This document shows, in pieces, positions 1 through 14,773 of a DNA stretch of 64,000 nt. A program made the translations under genes and the position numbers. The DNA is taken from assembly GCF_009914755.1 (NCBI RefSeq), contig NC_060944.1. One strand, written 5' to 3'. Position 1 is the first letter of the stretch. Every line of letters starts with the position of its first letter. The stretch comes from the human T2T-CHM13v2.0 reference genome, Homo sapiens. The notes under the pieces are model-generated. The model saw nothing but the letters and a program-made list of their open reading frames with translations, was not told the DNA's origin and ran no database searches.

Positions 1-68
1 TATTTATGATAGTTTTTTAAATGTCCTTGTATATTAAGGATATTAATCTGTGTCATTTCTTTATTTCT

Positions 69-1140
<1,072 letters not shown>

Positions 1141-1259
1141 AAATGTGTGTATTTCGCTGCATGTAAGTTATACTTCCTCATGAACTATCATGATGCACTC
1201 TCTTCCATGAGACTACATCATAACCTGGACACTCAGGATAATTTTGTAAAACTCCGCAT

Positions 1260-1778
1260 GTTGTGGAGGGGCTAAAAAGTAACAGAGGAGACTGGCTAGA
1301 AATTGCAGAGCAGTGTGTAACTGAGCCCCGTAGCTCTGCTATAAATGCATCACCCATATGGTTACTGCAACCCATGCCATTTCAGAGTCAGCTGGCTGTG
1401 CATCACTTTGCCTGGCTATGCTCAGGGCAGGCTGGAAGTGCTGCAGAATCAACTCCTTTCAGAGCAGTCTTCAACCACTGACTGGTGGGAATTGTAGATG
1501 AACACTCCAGCGACTTCATCCTCAGGGAGATAACTCTGCAGAGTGTCTTCTACATTGTTTCCAGACTTGCCAAGAAAAATCAACCTCCAGTTGCTCACAG
1601 CGGTGACTTGTTTGTTAACACACCCTTTCTTCACTACCCTTCATGCCCTGTCTCGTGTATTTCCTCCTCTCCACTCCACCCCACAATTAGTATTTTCTGA
1701 GATTACCCTCTAAAGTAAGCCACTTATAGATGAATACTTGTCTCAGGGTCTGCTTCTGGGGGAGCCCTAACTATGACA
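1260..1778 (+). mobile_element. ERVL solo LTR (LTR16-like)
   Basis: 3' end ctcagggtctgcttctgggggagccctaactatgaca matches the LTR16/LTR33-type terminus; 5' boundary approximate. Confidence 0.65.
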
Positions 1779-1914
1779 GTAACCGACAGTGCCTTAATCA
1801 GGCTACCCACTGGTCAGCCATTCCCCACTGGGGAAAGACCAGAGTCCCACAAGCCCAGTCTGTTCCCAGTTCCCTGCTTATCCTTACCTATGATCTCACA
1901 CATGAATGATGTAG

Positions 1915-2270
1915 CATGTCTTTTGCTGGTGGAAGTATGAAATGATAATCCATTTCTGGAGGACAATTTGGGCAGTAAATACAGATTTGAAAATGCTTAT
2001 TATCTTTGGCTAAGTGATTGCATCTCTAGAAATGTATTTAAAGAAAATAAATGAGGGTCTATACAAAGTTTGGCTCTGAGACTTTGCATTGCAGCTATGA
2101 ATGTCAACAATGGGCCATGAGAAAATGATGGCCTACTTTTATAATGGAATACTTTGTGGTTATTAAACATAACGTTGAAGATGATTGTATTCTGGTAGAG
2201 GAAAATGCTTACCATCTATTGTTAGGTGCAGAAGGCAGGATATAAAGCCATAAATACAGTACAATCTTGT
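1915..2270 (+). mobile_element. Old L1ME ORF2-end/3' fragment
   Basis: ttgctggtggaagtatgaaatgataatccatttctggaggacaatttgggcagta resembles the L1 ORF2 C-terminal region. Confidence 0.6.
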
Positions 2271-3317
2271 TTGGTTTTGTAGCTAAGGAAAATTTCTGCT
2301 TGGACCTTGCACATACACTGAAAGCCCTGACTCCTGCATAACCCAAAGCTTGCTTGAGCCTTTAACTGCTCATCTCAGACCCAGATGGGAATTATAGTCC
2401 AGTTTAATGCCCATCTAGATGACATCATACAGTGACAATGACCCATCTAAGGATCTCAGGAGAGAAATTTCCATCTTCTACAATTAGTCACAAAGTGCCT
2501 GTCAAATCCTCTCTTATTTGGAAGGACTTCCTCCCTGCCTTCTGTCCAGCCCTCACACCACCCACTGGAGAGGCCTACTGAACTCCCCAAAGAAAGGCAT
2601 GGCTTTCCTTGCTTTACATATGCATTCAGCCTCAACAGAGAACATTTTTGGGCTTTGGTTATTCTTTGACATATTTGAATGTAGTTGTTTACTAGTTTTG
2701 GTCAAACAAATATTATACACAAGACTTCTCTGAATACCTTTTGAGTGCCACACACCTGTGCAGTGTAAAACATAATAACTTTGAGTTACTGAGGATAGAG
2801 GATTTTCAAGAAGTAATTTGAACCTGAAGTGAAAATTCTACTCATGACCTGCCCTCCTTTCCTTTTCCTCTTTGATTTTTTTTTTTTTTCCTGCCTGTAT
2901 AAGGTACCAGTTGAGCCACAGGGATGAGAGTTGAAGACATGGCTCATTCATCTTTAAGGAAGGTATTTTAAAAGTGGCAGGGCTTTGGCTAAGAATTGAG
3001 AGATATACGGATATAAATAGTTCAGAGTTTATTCTGGGACTGGTGCATGACAGATACATAGAGAGTTTTCAAGTCATCTAATCTAAGTTTGCCAATTAAC
3101 AGCTGAGGGATAAAGCCCAGAGATTGAATGATTTTCTGTAATCTAACAAGTAACAAATGAGGACAATTGAGTATTTGCATTAAGATCCTCAACTCTTTTC
3201 TACTTATTTATTCAAGGGAGAACCTTCCTCTCATTGCACCCCCGTGTTTATTTAAAGGAGGCAATAGTAGGTTTGTATTAAAGTAATTCATGATCTTGGC
3301 GGAATCATTTTTAGAGG

Positions 3318-3500
3318 AGAGATTCTCAAACCAGGCTATTGGCTAGAATTACCTGAAGAACATCTGAAAAATATTGACCCTTGTGTTTCATCCTTTGAAA
3401 GTTCTGATTCAGCAAATGTGAGGTGGGTCCCAGAGAAACATATTTTTAAATTACTCTCCAGGTAATTCCTAAGTGCAGCTACATACTGGACCTGGGTTTG
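3318..3500. mobile_element. MER5 (hAT-Charlie MITE)
   Basis: ttctcaaa ... agaattacctg ... ttctgattcagcaaatgtgaggtgggtcccag ... ctccaggtaattc MER5 motifs. Confidence 0.7.
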
Positions 3501-4339
3501 ACAAAGCCTTGGGCAATAGGACTGAGAGGGAACTGGGGAAGATGGGAAGAGAAAATAGGAAATTTACTCTCAGGACTCAGACTACTTATTTCCTCTAGAG
3601 CAAATTCATTGCCACTCTGGTTGGTAAATACTATCAAATGTATAAATGAAATCTGTACCTTCACAGGAATTTCCCAGTTTGGGTGGAGATGAATTTCAGG
3701 ACTGGCAAGCAGTCTTCTGCCTCCTCTAATATGATAATGAACATTGAGCTATTGGCTCAAATATACCTCTGTCAGAGATTAGCAGTAGATGTGACTTTGC
3801 TGTTTGTCTTGTTGTAGAACAGGGCTTTCATATTTCCCCATTTTATTTAAAAGCCCGTTTCCTCCTTCTCTCTACAGTATAAGCACAAATCATAATATTT
3901 TCTTTTCTTTTCCAATAATAAATGTCTGTAGGGGCTGCAGGCTTCATTGTTTGGTAAGCCTGACAGATTTCTCCTATCATTTGTTTGATTAAAAGACTCA
4001 GTAACTTTTAGGAGTCTTGCTGCTGGTTTCTTCCCATGTGAATGAAATACAAAACAAAAGGCTTGACGTGCCAAGGAGTAGGCAGGTGTGTTTACATGGA
4101 TTCTATCTATAGCAGCTGTTTACTGTTGGAGAATGGATTTCTTCATGCTGTGAACAACATTATGGAACTTTAAGATTGTGTTAGCTCAAAGTGCTCTTTG
4201 ACTGTCTTCTCTCTTTCTAACTTTGCTCATGTTGGTCCTTGAGACAGTTGAGCCAGTCTTGTTCCTGGCGTTGTGGTGAGCCTGAACTAGAGATCCCATG
4301 AATGGATGAGCTGGAGACCTTATCTATGCTGAAGATATT

Positions 4340-4783
4340 ATGGTTACTATTAGAAGAAGGAAGCTACCTTCAAAAAAACAACTATTTAATACTTCTAATG
4401 AGTCTAGGAGTTGAACAGGGCTGTTCGGCTGACGTCGGCTGAGTCCAGCTGATATTGCTGGGATCTCTGGTGGGTTTGTTGTCAGCTGATGGCTCTGCTA
4501 AGGAATGTCTGATCTAGGTCAGCCTCAGCTGGAACAATTCTGCTGTCCCCCGCCACATGTTTCTTATAAGCTTCTAATGGGATAACCAACGCACGTAATC
4601 AGAGAAGCAAGAGAGAAGGCAGAAAACTCACATGGCTTTCAAGCTTCTGCTAGCATCAAATGTGCTACTCTCGCCTTGAGCAAAACAAATCACATGGCAG
4701 ATGTCAGTGTGGGAGGTAATTACCAAAGCCATAGGGAGGAGTAAAAAGTTGGGTTATGAATATGAATGCAATAAATCTATCAC
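4340..4783 (-). mobile_element. MLT1 (MaLR) solo LTR, old
   Basis: gcctcagctgg ... ccacatg ... agcaaaacaaatcacatggc ... aatctatcaca typical of reverse MLT1H-J. Confidence 0.6.
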
Positions 4784-4916
4784 AAAGATTGAACTGATAA
4801 ATGATGGTTTATTTGAGGGTAATGGAGGGACTATTATTCTCCTTGTCATTGCTGAAAAATGTGATAGGTTTTCAAAAACAAAGAATGGGAATGCACTCAG
4901 ACAATAGTAAGTATAG

Positions 4917-4918
<2 letters not shown>

Positions 4919-4948
<30 letters not shown>
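4919..4948. repeat. (GT)15 microsatellite
   Basis: Directly visible. Confidence 0.98.
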
Positions 4949-4949
<1 letters not shown>

Positions 4950-5719
4950 GGAGGAGGTGATGCTTTTCATTCTTTTCTTTTTTCTCCTCAAACCAAGAGC
5001 AAAGAGACTTTTGAAGACCTTTGACAACTCTTCTATCAGTCCTCTTGGGAACTCTAAGAGGATGATTTTAAGGACACTGTCAACTGGGAGATCTTTTTCC
5101 AAACAAACACTGCTCTCATTTTTGACATCTGGATTTTGACATCAAGAGCTGCCCACATTCTGAGCTTAGAACTCATCTTTGAAAAGTTGGCTACTTTTTC
5201 TGACACAAGCCAAGAAAAGGTATTTATTTTAAAGGTAAGAATGAGTAACAAAAACAAAAAACAAAAAATAAAACCACCCACACATGGATTGGTTATTTTT
5301 GCAAAGTAAAAATTGTGAGTTTTTTTTACACACCCATATTCAAGCGAAGATAGGAAAAAATATGAGCCGATACTAATTTATAAACCTTTTCTTTTGCATA
5401 TAAGTGTTGCCACTACAGTCCCATACATAAGCATCTTAGATAAAGCAATAAAGGCTGAAATGGTGAGGCTACATATCACTTATTTTTATTTCTAGAAGAT
5501 AACTTAAACTACAATGGGGGAAAAAAGCACATTGTTCCAAGGCATTGGTTCCAAACTTTTAACAATGATAAGAAATACCAAAGCATAGAAACCTCAGTCC
5601 ATTTTTTTGGCCACTGCATTTGGTAAATGCTTAGTAACACAAGAGAATAATGAGGAGAATGACACAGCTGAGAAAGCTGAATTCACCAAATGTCAGAGCT
5701 GAGAAAAGCTGAATTCACT

Positions 5720-5865
5720 GAGGCCTCAAATGGAGTCCCAGGACGGGCAGCAGCATCATCACTGGGGAGCCAACCTTGGCTCTAGCCAGACTTGTGATAA
5801 CAGAGTCTGCATTTTATCAAGATCCCCAGGGATGAGTATGTACATTAGCATTTAAGAAGCACTGA
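5720..5865 (+). mobile_element. MER5 MITE
   Basis: cagcagcatcatcactgggga ... ctgcattttatcaagatccccagg ... agaagcactg. Confidence 0.7.
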
Positions 5866-6394
5866 TGTATAATTGGTTATGTTATTAATTAGAGGCCACA
5901 TCTAGGTTTAATATAATAGAAACATTGATGTTACCAAACTCCTATTTGTAGATCGCTATAGCAACAGCCATCTTTGGATCTCACTGTTTATATCTGTCAA
6001 ATGGGGACTCATAACTCTCATGCATATTTGTCAAAGGAGTGGAGGAGATCAAGGAATGGCTATCATAAAATGCTCTAAGACAAATGAAGAGGGGTGTAAA
6101 TATTAGGGCTTGTTATTTTATTAGGGAAGTGCTTAGATCTTAATGCCTCAGCTAGCACAAGTTCTAAACACTGAGGAAACTACGCACTCAAGAAATGCTG
6201 TTCTATTCTCATGTTATTGTGAATGTCCAACAATTAACCCTGGATAATTGGTGTTTTAGTATACTGTAGCACTGACCAAGTATCCACTTATATTGCAAAA
6301 CGTACAACCTACAACCTGCTCCATTCTGTCAGTGATGACTCACCCATCACTTCGAAGAAGGGTCTTAACACCTTGCACTTGATTTCCTCTAAGG

Positions 6395-6555
6395 CTTTGT
6401 TGCTGAAAATGTGGTTCTCTGATGAGCAGTGTCAGCCTGGGGGCAGGCTGGAAATGCAAAACCTGCAGACCTACCTTCTATCTGCTGAACCAGAACCTGC
6501 CTTTGACATGATCCTCTAGTGATTTCTGTGCAAATGAATGTTTGAGAAACCTTGA
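6395..6555 (+). mobile_element. MER5 MITE
   Basis: aatgtggttctctg ... gaaatgcaaaacc ... tgaaccagaacctgc ... tttgagaaacc. Confidence 0.7.
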
Positions 6556-6562
6556 CCTAAGG

Positions 6563-6730
6563 AAGTGCTTCCCAACCCTGGCTGCACATTAGAATCACCC
6601 TGGGGACTTTTAAAAATATCAATACCAAACTCCCCGTTTCTCCCCACCACCAATTAAATTAGAATTTTGGGAGTTGCCTCAGGCATCTATAGACTTTTAA
6701 GGCTCCTAAATGATACTCTGATATACTATT
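6563..6730. mobile_element. MER5 MITE adjacent to the previous copy
   Basis: agtgcttcccaaccctggctgcacattagaatcaccctggggacttttaaaaat, a MER5B-type start. Confidence 0.75.
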
Positions 6731-7090
6731 TGGTGGTGTGAAGTGAGACCTGGAGAAGGGCCAGGAAGAGTCAAATGACAAGAGTCTTACTACTACTGAC
6801 ATTTGAAATGAGTTGGAGTATGAGGGGAGTAAGTAAAAAGAATGATGGAAGAGAGAGAAAGTTATGCCAAGTGGAATCTCAATTGTGGAAATGGCTGAGT
6901 GACTTACGGAAAAGCTAGACCCAACATTGAATGTTAATTTACGTGTAGCTCTGTAATATAAAAACATCTGTCTTGCCAGAACTATAGTAAAGACTGTAGG
7001 TGGATGGTTTGCTTCCTATGAAATAAGAGATAAGGGCGGAGACCATTGCTTGAGTTTATGTAGAAAATGGACAATGAGTTGGATAGTAAT

Positions 7091-7254
7091 ATAGGTTGCC
7101 AGATAAAATATAGGACACCTTATTCAATTTGAATTTCAGATAAGCAGTGAACACCCTTTTAGTGTTAAGTATGTGTTACACAATATTTGAAATATCTGAT
7201 ATTTAAATTTAACTAGATGTCCTTGCATTTTGATCTGCTGAATGTGGTGACCTT
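7091..7254. mobile_element. MER53 (hAT) MITE
   Basis: ggttgccagataaaatataggacacc ... aatttgaatttcagataa ... atttaaatttaactagatgtcc, an imperfect palindrome. Confidence 0.75.
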
Positions 7255-8107
7255 ATGATAAACCCTAAGCTGGTTTATGAGAATCAGAAGCTGAGGGCTG
7301 CAGGCCATCATAAGAATGTTAGTTTTGAGTTGGTAGAAATCTTGGCAAAGACATCCCACTTCAATTGAGCTGAGGCATCTTGTTTGCATTTGGTTTGAAT
7401 CGGAACAGCTTTTTCATTATTCTCCATTTTTCAATTTTCTTGGGTCTCCCACTTTCCCCTCCCCCATTTGCCTTGGCCTTCCCTTGATTTTTTAAAGTGA
7501 ACTTTTGCTTGACCTTGTGTTTGCTGTTTTTCAGCATGTTCCAGTCCTAGCAAAAGAAAAGTTCTTAGTCTTAAATTTAAATTCGTTGGTATTTCAGAAA
7601 AGGCTCTTATTTATTTACCATTTTCTAGTATACCACAGCATTAGAGATATGGTCATAAATTTACATTTCTAAAGTGCTCTCAGCCTTCTGAATTTTGTGA
7701 TAGACAATTTCCCGGGGCACAAAATGGAGTTAACCCAGGATGTGGTGAGAAAAACATGGGAGTGGAGATGAAAAACAAGAGCAAAATGAAAACAAGAATT
7801 TCATCTGAAATCAGCTCCTATCAACAATGCTGTCTCTCCCTATGCCTGAGACAAAGGGCCTTTATCAGATGGCACGGTGAATAGGCAGGGCCTTCTCTCA
7901 AAACTGCCAAGTCTGTTTATGTATCTATTATTTCCTTTGAAAATTGCCTGAAGTGGAGCCTTGTGAAGAATTTCTCAAGCATTGCCTCAAACCATTGCCA
8001 AGGTTGGGTTGTAATGGAAGTGCAGAAAGAACAAAGGACAGGCACCAGAATGTTCTTTTATTGCTTGCATGACAAAGAGGAAAGAAAAAGAGAGGAATGG
8101 GATAGAC

Positions 8108-8292
8108 CAGTGGTTCTCCAAGTGTGGTAGCTGAACCAGGTTCATCCACGACACTAGGGAACTTAATAGGACTGTAGAATCTGAGGTCCCACCCCAGACC
8201 TACTAAATCAGCAACTCTGAGGACCAGGGTCCGTCCAGCTTGTGGTTTAACAAGCCAGCCAGGTGATTCCAATATCAGCTAAACTCTGCGAT
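8108..8292 (+). mobile_element. MER5A MITE
   Basis: cagtggttctccaagtgtgg ... cccaccccagacctactaaatcag ... tttaacaagcc ... caggtgattc. Confidence 0.85.
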
Positions 8293-8906
8293 CCACAGGT
8301 ACAGACATTTTACCTCTTTAATCTTAATTTAAAAAACCTCATCTTCTCTGCCCGAGCCCAACGCTTCTGCCCGGGACATGGAGGACCTAGACGTGCAGGA
8401 CTGGGCTGTCAGCACCAGGTAGGAGAAGGGTTTTGTTTTGTTTTGTTTTTTTGCCTAGAAGTATTTTTCTTTAGTTTGATGACAAAAGGGGACCAGGATA
8501 GTAAGGACAGAAGGAATAGCACAGACAGAAATGAACCTTACTCTTTCTGTCAGCTTCACAAAGTAAACAGAGTCATATAGAAGGAAAAGTTACCATTAGG
8601 TAGTTTAATGGACTAGTCTATCTCTAGGACAACAATGGCTTTAAACAGAATTTTCTGTTTTTATTTATTACACATTTCTACAATAATAATGGCTACAATT
8701 TATTGAGAACTAACGTCTGACATGCACTGCACTAAACATGATTCAAAATTATGTCATTTGATGGACACACTACTCAATAGGTACCAGGGATCTACCCCTA
8801 CAGTAGGGGGTAGAAGGGGTATGAAGGCGGTAAGGCCCTTGCCTAAGAGTTTATAGCCACAGAAGCAGGCTCTGAACCAGCTGCTGCTCTTAAGAAGCCA
8901 ACTCTT

Positions 8907-9595
<689 letters not shown>

Positions 9596-9779
9596 TCTGA
9601 CGCTAACTGCTGGAGCTGAGGGGATAGAAAGTATGTTGGGTTTGTGATATGGCCCTGACTCTGATGTTACCCCTGCTGATAAAGTCCTCAGCAGGAATGA
9701 GACAGGGTGGTTTCAGAACAGCAGGTGTGAGCTGTTTAGTTCAGGATTATTGGTAATTGAAGTAAGTGTTGTGTGTGAG

Positions 9780-10445
9780 AGTGTGGACACCCGTACATGT
9801 GTTGTGAGGACAAATACAAATTAAAAATAAGAGGCTTAGTTCCTCCTGCCGAAAATAAGGGAAGGGATTTCCTTTCTCTCTCTCTTTGTCAGGATACTTA
9901 TCTTGGAAAACTTGTAAATGTAAGTACATTATTTATTACTTGACAAAGTATATTTTAGAAATGATCTGAGCCACTTTTTGAATGTCTTTCTCCAGGTCCT
10001 GGGAGCCATCTCTTTGGAATGCTAACACCAAGGGAGATAGGACCCTATCTCTTTTTCAGTTTATTTTTAGTTATTAATTTTATTTTTTTTTTAAATTTTA
10101 TTTCTATGGAAGGGTAAGAGGTTAACTTCAGTGGGCATTTCACACCAAGTTGTAAAACCACCTCTTTTCGAAAAGACAGGTATTTGCATGATTTTTTTTC
10201 CTCTGGATAAAGTCAATTAGCTAACATAGCTTGTCACCCCAATTACCAAGTAAAGTTAGGATCAGCTATTTGTGGCAAATGGTGCTGTCCAATCCTCTTG
10301 CTTGAGCACTAGTTATTGTTTATCTCCAGCACACGTATGTAGTGGGTTGAATATGTTTGGCTGCGTGGAAGGGTGACTGTGAGTTCTTCCTGTCTTTGCA
10401 ATCTCTTACTAGGTTGCCAGTGATGCTCAGCACATTCTGGTTTTT
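9780..10445 (+). mobile_element. ERV-type solo LTR, family unresolved, apparently 3' truncated
   Basis: LTR-like composition and motifs (aaaataagaggcttagttcctcctg, gggagccatctctttggaatgctaac, ggataaagtcaattagctaac); recalled similarity only. Confidence 0.45.
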
Positions 10446-10841
10446 CTGATGCCCCTGAATCTAGGAACACTTGGCTAAAAACTGCAAATTATTTTCTCAA
10501 TTTCATCCTGTTAATAATCCATGAGAAAGCTAATGAACATATAATCTTATCCAACAATAAGAGTGCTTCTTTACTAGCTTTGTGGAGATGATTTGTGGGT
10601 TGGAAGAAGACTTCGTTGTTGTTTTTTATTGTTTCCTCAACAGTGTCGGTGTGCATGTATGTACGTGCATGCGTGAGTATGTATGTGTTAAGGATAAGGG
10701 ACTGAGCTTAAGATTTCTGCCCTTCCCCCTCCACTTCACCTCTCTGCCCTGTTTCTGCAACTTTTATCACTTTTCCATTTTAGTTTTCCATGCAATGTTT
10801 GAGAGACTTTGCCCTGGTTCCAAAAAAAAGAAAAGGTTTGA

Positions 10842-10974
10842 GCTGGTTGCAGTGGCTCTCACCTGTAGTCCCAGCTCCTCATTAGGCTAAGGTGGGAGAA
10901 TTACTTGAGCCCAGGAGTTTGAGACCAGCCTGGGAAACATAAAGAGCCCTTGTCTCTAAAAGTTAAAAATTAAA
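10842..10974 (+). mobile_element. FLAM (free left Alu monomer)
   Basis: Single ~130-bp Alu monomer with A-rich tail; TSD aaaaggtttga at 10831-10841 and 10975-10985. Confidence 0.9.
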
Positions 10975-12607
10975 AAAAGGTTTGAATATCAGTTAACTTA
11001 GTGTTTCTGGGGTCTTCCCTTCTTTTCTAGTTCTTACGTGCCAGAAATCTGTGGCTCATGCTAGAACCCAAACCTTCTTGGGTTTCCCTGATGGGTCAGA
11101 ATATCACTACATGCAAACAGGGGCTGGGAAAAAGTGTCGTATCATCCCCCCAGAGGAGAGGTGCTCCTGGAAATCCTCCTGGTGATGATGGCAGAGCTGT
11201 AGGACAGAGGACAAATACAAAGTAGAGACGAGGTGGAGAGGCAGCGGGGCAGTGGGGAAAGTGGAAAATTGGAGCGTGATCTACTCTTTGGAAATAGTTC
11301 TGTGCCCTCTGGAGCCTGTGACACATGGTTCCAGCCTGATTTATAACAGCTTTTCCAACAGTCCCAGGGTAAATAGACTAGAACGATATTTGAGCTTATG
11401 AGAACAGATGTGGCTGCATTTGCCTTTTAATAAAGACAAGAGTCTGGCCAGGCCCAGTGGCCTCCAGAACTGTTTCTGCTGGCCCAGGAGAGGTACAAGA
11501 ACATTATTAGGATTGGTGGGAGCTCTATTTCCTCTTTTCTTTTCACATTCACCATTGCTACCATAATTTTAGTGACTCATTTAGGATCTGTGGTGGAGAG
11601 AGTGAATGCCAGACCTCCCAGATTCTCTCTCCACCCCTCCACCCACCACCCCAACAAAAAGCCACATTGTACTCACTGAACCCTGGTACTGTGAATGGGG
11701 CCTTTATTCTAGCCCCGTTTCAGAGTGTGCTGCAAGTTTCCTTAAGTGCAATCATCTTGACCTCAACTTATAAAACCATAAAACAAGAGCGCTAGAAGGA
11801 ATTTCTGAAATGGCCTGATTCAACTTTATTCTTTTTCTTTCTCTTTTGTTTGTAACAGAAAAGAACATAGGACCAGAAAAGTCAAGGGACTTGTCCAAGA
11901 TAAAACAATTGGTTGCCCACTGAGCTGATCTGCTGCCCATGAATCTAGAAACACTTGGCTGAAAACTCTGTAGTTTATTTTTTCAGTTTCATCCTGTTAA
12001 TATTCCCATGGGAAAGCTAATGGATATATACTCCCAATAAATGATAAATAATGTTCTCCTGTTTACGCGTCAGGGGAAATTAGAGCAGGAACTCACAACT
12101 TGGCTCCAGTCCCTGATCTCATGGGTGAGGTTTGCTGTAGAATCTGTATGTTCAATGGATGGATTTCCAGCTTGAAGGACTTTTGCCTTTTATCACTGTT
12201 GAAACAAATGAAGAGATGGGTATGGCAATAAGGTCGGAATCCTTGCTGGTTAGAAGTATTTGAGTCTTAGAGTTGCAGGTTTACATTTGCCTCGGACCCT
12301 AGGCTAAAATATAGGACTCTTTACCGTCAAGTAGCTTCTCTTTCCAGGTAGAAAGCTTGTTTATTTTAATGTCTTCCCTGTCTTTGGGCATGAGTTTTCA
12401 GTACCTGAAAGTCTTTTTCCTTAGCACTTGGTGCTTGGCTTACTTTTTGGCCTCAGTAGATTATGTCCTCCTCTGAGAAGACTTCCCTGCCCTGTTGCCA
12501 GTGTTGGTGGGTGTCTCTATTTCTTCCTGGACACATCTCATTACAGCTCTTGCTGTGATGCCGTGTTATTGTTAGCTACACAGTGAAAAGGGAAGTTGAA
12601 TATTTCA

Positions 12608-12905
12608 TTCTTAAATACATTATTCTAAGTGAAAGAGATCAGACTAAAAAGGCTAAATACTGTATGATTCCATTTATATGAAATTCTGGAAAAGGAAGAA
12701 CTACAGGAGTAGAAAACAGATCAGTGGTTGCTTGGGAGTAGGGGAGGGATTGATTACAAAGAACATGAGGGATTTTTATTGTGATTGGAACTGTTTTATA
12801 CATTGTTTAGGGTGGTAGCTACCAGATTATATGTGTTTGTTAATACTCATAGAACCATATGGCAAAGGGTGAATTTTATAGAATGTAATTTACACCTTAA
12901 CAAAC
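12608..12905 (+). mobile_element. L1MB/MC 3' end fragment
   Basis: ctaagtgaaagagatcagac ... tactgtatgattccatttatatgaaattctggaaaagg ... cagatcagtggttgc, a classic L1M 3' UTR; A-rich tract follows at ~12948-12988. Confidence 0.85.
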
Positions 12906-13997
12906 CCATCTATACCTAAATAAATAAGAACACAAAGAAAACAGCTCAAAAAAAAAAAAAAAAAAAAAGAAAAAGAGAAAAAAACAAAGCCCCAAGCCAA
13001 TCAAAATTTCCAACTCTTGTCTAATAACTGGAATGATAGAAATACAGCCTTCTTTATTTCAGGAGCCCAGTTGTTATGCTTTGATAGAAATAAAACTCCA
13101 ACTAGCCTCAAAGATTGTCTGAGTTCTTTTTGAAGTTAGCATGGAGGTCCCCACAAGATAAACACTAGAGCCAGTTCTACCACTGGCCAAGAAGGGTCAC
13201 CTTCACCTCTAGGTTCTGCCTCTTTCCTTCTTCCAGAATTGTGCCCAAGTACAATTTTACCTTGTGAAATGGGAATAACAAAATGGAAGCTGGGTGGGCC
13301 CAGAATCCAAGGAGTTTGGGTCTGGTAAGTGAGCCGTGATGCTGCAGTTCTCCAGGTTGTATTGTGCCTGTCTGATTTGATGGAGGGCCCTGTAGAAGCT
13401 GAGGGTGAAGCTACTAGAAGTTCCAGGCCCAGCAGAGATGTGAAGACAGGGGTGAAAACCAGGGGGATTAGGTGACATTCTAGTTCCACGGTTGGTGTGA
13501 AATGGCAGGGATCAGATGGAGGCTGTAGCTCAGTAAAGCCCCTGGAAAACCCTATGGTTTGACAAGTGCGAGGATGTGATTTTTCTACCTGCCTTGACCA
13601 GGATAGACCAAGAATTGCACTTTACTACATCCAAATGCTGACGAAACTGATGACAAAAGCTAGAAGAGACAAGCCCACCAAGTGCCTTCTGACCTCTCTC
13701 AGGGGGGACCACTTCTGGGATGCTGATTGGGGTCAGCTGACCACTTCCAGGATGCTGATTAAGGTGGCACCATTAAGAGATGGGACTGGCTTTTTAAGAA
13801 ATATAATGGTAATTTAGTATTCACGGTGGACACTTCAGGAATTTATAATTATAGATGTGTAGCCTAAAGAACTGAACTTCTTTAATAAACCCAGCTCAAT
13901 CAGGGAACTACCCTTTGTCCTACTTATTATTACCCCAACTTTATGACTTACATTCACCCTGATTGATTGAATGATGCTTCCAAGCTTCAGATTCACT

Positions 13998-14216
13998 AAA
14001 GCTGCTTTGTCCAATATGATAGCCATTATCCATATGAGGTCATGAACATTTAAATTTATAGTAATTAAAGTTAAGTACAACATATAATTTAGTCCCTAAG
14101 TTGCATTGATCACATTTTAAGTGCTCAACAGTTAGATGAAGTGGCTGTTCTTTTGGGCAGTGCGTATTGATAGGATGTTTCCATCACTGCAGAAAGATTT
14201 ATTGGACAATACTGTA
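13998..14216. mobile_element. MER3 (hAT-Charlie)
   Basis: tgtccaatatgatagcca ... cacattttaagtgctcaacag ... ttccatcactgcagaaagatttattggaca. Confidence 0.8.
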
Positions 14217-14773
14217 CTACAGACTATTTCCTCAAAGATGTAAAACTTGAGTGATCTCTAATTGTCAATTGAATAAAAACATTTAGTCCTAAAACAATCA
14301 AGTTCATCTCATGTGCCCTATCACTCAGGTTAACCTTTCTCGGTTCCCAGGGTGATCCTGCCATCCTGCAGTGATGGAGATTTTGCTCTCATTGAGTCTG
14401 TCTGGATTATTTCTGGTTCATGGACAATCTGGTTTATTCCTGTCTTCATATCATCTGGACCTCTTTCCTGGTGGTAAGTGCTGAGGAGATGCTGTCATTG
14501 TGTTCTGGGTTGGATGTCTTTGGAAATCTGGGAATATTCTGACAAATTTCTTCCTTCTCGACCCTTAATGATCCAATCAACTATAGGCCAGTCTGGATGG
14601 CATGGATGAGAAGGTTGCCTGAGTCATATTCTATACTTCTAACACAATTGTCACCCTCAAGTTGACTAGTTTGCATCTTTCTTCCCTGCAGGTTGTTTTT
14701 TTTTCAGCTGTGTCTGTGCCTATATTTGCTTTGTACCTGTGGTGAAAGTTATGCTGCTTGCAATTTTCTGGTA

